NCBI GenBank assembly: GCA_963700285.1
Contig: CAVOXA010000010.1
Coordinates: 544,001 to 608,000, forward strand
Source of the DNA: an uncultured Chloroflexia bacterium
GTDB taxonomy: Bacteria > Chloroflexota > Anaerolineae > JAAYZQ01
Reading direction: 5' to 3'
DNA length: 64,000 nucleotides
The translations under genes were made by a program, and so were the position numbers. The notes below the pieces were generated by a model. The model was not told the origin of the DNA. It saw nothing but the letters and a program-made list of their open reading frames with translations, and ran no database searches. This document shows, piece by piece, positions 59,745 through 64,000 of this stretch. The number at the start of each line of letters is the position of its first letter. Position 1 is the first letter of the stretch.

Positions 59745-62700
59745 CTAACGAGGGGATTCCTGATGGCTGCGCAGGACGAGTGGCAGGTGGAGGCGGTGAT
59801 CCCCCCTTGCACGGACATCGATCTGCCCATTCTGCAAGGCAACCTCGATAGCGCGAGCGCTGGGGTCGGCGAAGGGATCGGCTGCCAGAAACAGCAGGCT
59901 GGTATCTCCTTCGACGCCAGTGGCTTGGAAGTTGATCTGAGCCAATACCACGTCGCCAGATATGCCCTTGGCCGAGACGGCCGTGACACCCACCTTGCCG
60001 GCTGCCATGTCTGCGTTGCACACGGCCAGATCAAAGGCGCTGCCTGGATCTTCCGTGCAACTGGTGACAGCCAGAATATCCGGGTCGTACTGGATCTCGA
60101 TGGTGGCTGCGCCCAGCACATGGTTTCCCAGATTGGTCGTCAGCGGCACACCCAAGCGTCCCCCTGGCGCAAGGCTACCTGAACCGATCCCCAGGGTCGC
60201 GGCAAGGGGCGAGCTGAGCCCCTGCCCAGATTCTCTGGCCATGGCAGCCGGGGGGCAGAACCCGTTGGTCAAGCCAACTTCGCATTGCAAGATGAACATG
60301 GCATCGATAGCATTGCAGGAACCATCGCCGCTCACGTCGCACCCGGCCAGGTATAGTCCAGCTGCTGGCGGCGGGCAGGTAGTGCTGTGGTTGGGGCGCA
60401 GACCGACTTCCCGCTGGAGGATGAACAGAGCATCAATGGCGTTGACGCTGCTATCACAATTCACGTCGCCGGTGGCGGCACGGACCCAAACTTCCCCGTC
60501 ATGGACGCCAACAGCCACGGGCTCCCCGCCGGGTCCGGCAAAGGTCGTGACCACGGCGTCCAGGACTGTACGGTCCCCATCCCAGCCCACGCCGCCGAAG
60601 GTGATCTCGGCCAGAAGCGAGTCGCCGGGCACACCTACGGCGGATATGGCCGTGAGACTCACACTGCCTTCCCTACTGTTGCACAGCGCAGAATCGTAGG
60701 CGTCCTCCGGATCCGGGGTGCAATCGAGCACCTCCACGACAGCCGGGTCAAAGTGGATCTCGATGGTGGCTGCGCCCAGACCGTCGCCGGGTATACCCAA
60801 GATCTTCACCGGGACCCTGATGGTCCCGCCAGGGGCGACCGTGCCACTGCCCACCTGTACCATGGCACTTCCATCTGGGGCGTAATGGGCGGCAGCTGTA
60901 TGCGTGCTGGCGGGCATCGTCAGGCCGCTGCTGGCCGGGTCGCCGGTGCCGGTAAAGTGGTCGAGGTGATGGCCTGTTGCTGGGTGCGGCGTCAGCGTGA
61001 TCGATTCGCCCGCGACATATTGACTGTTTGCACAGCCATCTGAATTGGTGGGGTTCGCAGTTGGATCACCCCCTTGACCCGTGTGGTCCAACGTCAGACG
61101 GTAGCAAGGCATGCCTGTATCCTGGTTCAGCCAGATCTTGTTGGCCACGGGACTGGTTGCAACAAAGGCATCGAGGTCACCGTCGCCATCCAGGTCACCC
61201 AGGGCCACATCCCTGCTCGAGGGAGCGGCTGCGAGCGTGATGCTATCCGGCTGACCTAAAGCCGCAGCTGAGCTGGATGACGTCCCCAGAATCTGGCCGC
61301 TGTCACCAAAGTGGCCGGGCGTTCCGTCCTGGGCGCCACCGGCATTGATCCAGACTCTATCGGCCTGGCCGTCCGTGTTCCCAATGAAGGCATCAAGGTC
61401 GCCATCCCCATCAACATCTCCGAGAGCCACCGCATAGCTCTGGTAGCGACCCAAGCTCTGACCGCTGTTGCGAAAGATGCCTGGTACACCACCTTGAAGG
61501 CCGCCGTCATTGAACCAGACTGTGTTGTCCTCATCGGTGACACGGTTTGCGATCAGGGCATCGAGGTCACCGTCGCCATCCACGTCTCCCAGCGCCACGG
61601 ACACACTGTGCGAGGAGCCCAGATTCTGGCCGCTGTCTCTGTAGCGGCCGGCCGTTCCACCCTGGGCGCCTCCGTCATTGACCCAGATCCGATTTGCCTG
61701 GCCACCGGTGTTTGCCACAAAGGCATCCAGGTCCCCATCGCCGTCCACATCGCCAAGGGCCAGCCCGTAGCTCAGCGAACTGCCCAGGCTCTGGCCGCTG
61801 TCACTGAATGTACCGCCTTCGTTCAGCCATACCTTGTTGCCCGTGCCACTATTGCCCACAAAGGCATCCAGGTCCCCATCGCCGTCCACATCGCCCAGGC
61901 CCACGGCCGCGCTTGTGGCGCTGCCCAGACTCTGTCCACTGTTACTGAACACACCCCTATCATTCAACCATACCTTGTTGGGCTGGTAGTTCAGGTTGGC
62001 CACAAAAGCGTCCAGATCTCCGTCCTCATCCAGGTCACCCAGGGCCACAGCAAAGCTCTGCGCGGTCCCCAGGCTCTGGCCGCTATCGTTGAATCGGCCC
62101 CCATCGTTCAGCCAGACTCTGTTCCCTTGACTGTGGTTCCCGACGAAAGCATCCAGGTCGCCATCACCGTCCAAGTCGCCCAGAGCCACGCCAAAGCTGT
62201 TGGAACTACCCAGGTTCTGGCCGCTGTCGTCAAAGGCCCCAGTGCCACCCGAGACGGCAGACCGGAACTGCCAGGCGTGGGGGATCAGCGGAGTGCCGTC
62301 TGGCGCCTCTACGCCAGGGCTGAGGTTGACCACAATCTCCTCGCCGGGCCGGAACTCGTTGCTGGCCTTAAATTGGACCGAATCCTTGACGAGGCTGTAG
62401 ATTCCCTGATAGCTGCCTGTCTGCTGGCCCCGGACAGCAAAGGTACCGGTGTTCACTGTGCCCAGGTCGACTGTCCGGCTGAATGTCGCAGAGATGGCTT
62501 CGCTGGAAGCTGTCTCGAGCCCGTTGCCCGCAGGGTGGGTGCCTATCACTTCCAGGGGACCCGCGGCGCGGTAGCCCTGGTCATAGTCGCCAAAGTCGCT
62601 GCAGCGGCTGGCGCTACAGGCCGTGACCCAGTAGTAGTAGGGACTGTCGGCCGGAACAGACGGGTCGTCGTAGGAGGCGCCGCTGAGATGGCCCATCTCT

Positions 62701-64000
62701 TCTCTGGGACCGGTGGGTGCAGTACTCCGGTAGACCTTGTAGGACTCGACGTGAGTGGAACTGTTCCAGCTGACGCGGATCTTGTCGGTATAGGTTCCAT
62801 CGCTGGCCTGGATATTGTTGGGAGGGGCTGGCGGAGTGTCGTTGGTAATGGTTCCTCCCTCGTATACCGGAGACCACGCCGCCGTTCCATCGTTCTGCCT
62901 GTCGTCATCGGCATCATAGGCCAGGGTCCGCCAGTAGACAGTGTGGCCGAGCCTATCCGGCCCGATGTCGATGGTTCCAGCATACCACGAGCCGTCCCAA
63001 CGAGCATCGAGATAGCTATCATGTTGTGTCGCATCGATCACGTCGCTGTCCCACCGCAGATAGATGCGGGGGTATTCGGCGTCATCTAGAATGCCGCTGG
63101 GATCGTTCAGCCTGGTCTTGAAAGAGTAGGTGCCTGGCGCCACGTCTCCGCTATCAACGTGGTCTGTCACAACTGGCCCTGACACGTCATCATCCTCAAC
63201 CTGGAACGAATCTAAGGATGGTCCGTGGCTGTCTCTGGTCAACGTTGGCTTTGGCATGTTAAAGGGGGTATTGTTCCCCCCTCTGTCATCCAATACCGAG
63301 ACGGTTTCTTGATCGTGCCAGCGGTCATCCTGATCATAGACCCACCACGTGGTCCGAAGCTGAATGTCGCCCAGCGCCTTGGGAGCGACGCGAAAGGATG
63401 CACCTCCATGCTGTCCATTCTCGGGTATCGAATGTGTGGCGATAGAGATGGTGCTGCTGGGAAGCGCAGGGCTGTAGGCGGCCAAGTCGCCCAGGTCCAC
63501 CGGTTCCGAGATCGCCCCCTGGCCTGGATCCGTCAGTGCTACAGACATGCCGCTGTCATAGGCCTGGCCGAATGAGTCGTACTGGGCCGCGGTACCGTCC
63601 TGAAGCACACCCAACGAGATGTTGAAGACACGCTCCGTTTCGCCATCATCGATGGGTCCGGAGACCTGGATGCCCGTGTTGCCTACCTGCGCAAAGCAGT
63701 TATCGCCAGGGATTCCGGCGACCATTCCCCGCCGACTGGCTGCGGCCGGGGAGTTTGCCTGGCCAAAGAACTCTCCCTCCCAGGCCACGTTCCATTTCTT
63801 GTCAAACAGTGCATAGGATACGGCCAACTCGTGCATTCGCTCGCCGCTGTGTCCTGGCCACCAGTTTGAATACCAGGGATCGTGGATATAGACGACACCG
63901 TCGCTGTCCAGGTCATCGTACCCGATCACCAGGATGGCGTGATTGGCCTCGCCATTCCCGCCGGTATCGACAAAGGCGATGACCGGAGCCTGTAGGGTCG
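59745..64000 (-). CDS. Large modular protein, 5' end outside the window: C39-like cysteine protease, FN3, Ig-like, FG-GAP propeller, cohesin-dockerin-cohesin, C-terminal LHLPLVLR
   Basis: The frame stays open to the window edge. NHAILVIGYDD...IHDPW; FN3 with YYYWVTAC; 7 LGDxDGDGDLDAFV repeats; two EF-hand-like dockerin repeats (GDVNCDSSVNAIDA, CDVSGDGSCNAIDA) flanked by two cohesin-like domains. Confidence 0.8.
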   Translation of the reverse strand, partial: TLQAPVIAFVDTGGNGEANHAILVIGYDDLDSDGVVYIHDPWYSNWWPGHSGERMHELAVSYALFDKKWNVAWEGEFFGQANSPAAASRRGMVAGIPGDNCFAQVGNTGIQVSGPIDDGETERVFNISLGVLQDGTAAQYDSFGQAYDSGMSVALTDPGQGAISEPVDLGDLAAYSPALPSSTISIATHSIPENGQHGGASFRVAPKALGDIQLRTTWWVYDQDDRWHDQETVSVLDDRGGNNTPFNMPKPTLTRDSHGPSLDSFQVEDDDVSGPVVTDHVDSGDVAPGTYSFKTRLNDPSGILDDAEYPRIYLRWDSDVIDATQHDSYLDARWDGSWYAGTIDIGPDRLGHTVYWRTLAYDADDDRQNDGTAAWSPVYEGGTITNDTPPAPPNNIQASDGTYTDKIRVSWNSSTHVESYKVYRSTAPTGPREEMGHLSGASYDDPSVPADSPYYYWVTACSASRCSDFGDYDQGYRAAGPLEVIGTHPAGNGLETASSEAISATFSRTVDLGTVNTGTFAVRGQQTGSYQGIYSLVKDSVQFKASNEFRPGEEIVVNLSPGVEAPDGTPLIPHAWQFRSAVSGGTGAFDDSGQNLGSSNSFGVALGDLDGDGDLDAFVGNHSQGNRVWLNDGGRFNDSGQSLGTAQSFAVALGDLDEDGDLDAFVANLNYQPNKVWLNDRGVFSNSGQSLGSATSAAVGLGDVDGDGDLDAFVGNSGTGNKVWLNEGGTFSDSGQSLGSSLSYGLALGDVDGDGDLDAFVANTGGQANRIWVNDGGAQGGTAGRYRDSGQNLGSSHSVSVALGDVDGDGDLDALIANRVTDEDNTVWFNDGGLQGGVPGIFRNSGQSLGRYQSYAVALGDVDGDGDLDAFIGNTDGQADRVWINAGGAQDGTPGHFGDSGQILGTSSSSAAALGQPDSITLAAAPSSRDVALGDLDGDGDLDAFVATSPVANKIWLNQDTGMPCYRLTLDHTGQGGDPTANPTNSDGCANSQYVAGESITLTPHPATGHHLDHFTGTGDPASSGLTMPASTHTAAAHYAPDGSAMVQVGSGTVAPGGTIRVPVKILGIPGDGLGAATIEIHFDPAVVEVLDCTPDPEDAYDSALCNSREGSVSLTAISAVGVPGDSLLAEITFGGVGWDGDRTVLDAVVTTFAGPGGEPVAVGVHDGEVWVRAATGDVNCDSSVNAIDALFILQREVGLRPNHSTTCPPPAAGLYLAGCDVSGDGSCNAIDAMFILQCEVGLTNGFCPPAAMARESGQGLSSPLAATLGIGSGSLAPGGRLGVPLTTNLGNHVLGAATIEIQYDPDILAVTSCTEDPGSAFDLAVCNADMAAGKVGVTAVSAKGISGDVVLAQINFQATGVEGDTSLLFLAADPFADPSARAIEVALQNGQIDVRARGDHRLHLPLVLRSHQESPR
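61125..62240 (-). repeat. Intragenic FG-GAP tandem repeats (7 blades)
   Basis: Recurring SGQxLG...VALGDxDGDGDLDAFV.N...N.VW.N, with near-identical DNA (aaggcatccaggtccccatcgccgtccacatcgcc) at about 61720 and 61862. Confidence 0.85.

Noticed and set aside
61125-62240. Periodic DNA repeats as a CRISPR array
   Set aside because: The repeats are degenerate, in frame and encode FG-GAP blades. There are no identical repeats with unique spacers and no cas genes.
61311-63089. Long antisense ORFs (e.g. 61311-63089, 607-1797, 41623-42933, 54598-55641, 28144-29226)
   Set aside because: These are shadow frames of well-supported genes on the opposite strand, expected with high GC3 bias, and have no recognisable motifs.

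Overview
GC-rich bacterial DNA, most likely Chloroflexota (Anaerolineae-like). This is inferred from gene content and the recurrent (Y/F/H)LP(L/I)(V/I) motif in secreted proteins. In order, the window holds: a secreted clan GH-A glycoside hydrolase; a selenium/sulfur-trafficking cassette (LysR divergent from yedE, tusA-like and a class-V desulfurase); YprB-like RNase H and CPBP protease genes; hypABFDE, a protease and hypC; a group 3b-type [NiFe]-hydrogenase operon with a second protease and a four-gene two-component cluster; ferritin-like, flavodoxin-ferredoxin, HAD and pepA genes; a small NRPS (A-T, C-A-T, MbtH) with no release domain; a large beta-propeller lipoprotein; UDG, OsmC and a DUF123-HEAT fusion; an M28 peptidase; a reductive dehalogenase homolog lacking a TAT signal and RdhB; assorted metabolic genes; a decayed recombinase/IS region around an intact arylsulfatase; and two large modular secreted proteins carrying three cohesin-like domains and one dockerin-like domain, with a C39-like protease, FG-GAP and YVTN propellers. 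Many genes are broken by single-base indels, probably long-read assembly errors. The best candidates for new biology are the non-cellulosomal cohesin-dockerin pair, the release-less mini-NRPS with an oxalate-CoA-ligase-like starter, the anchor-less RdhA, and a possible UGA/SECIS micro-ORF inside the hyp cluster. All family calls come from motif recognition by eye; no searches were run.
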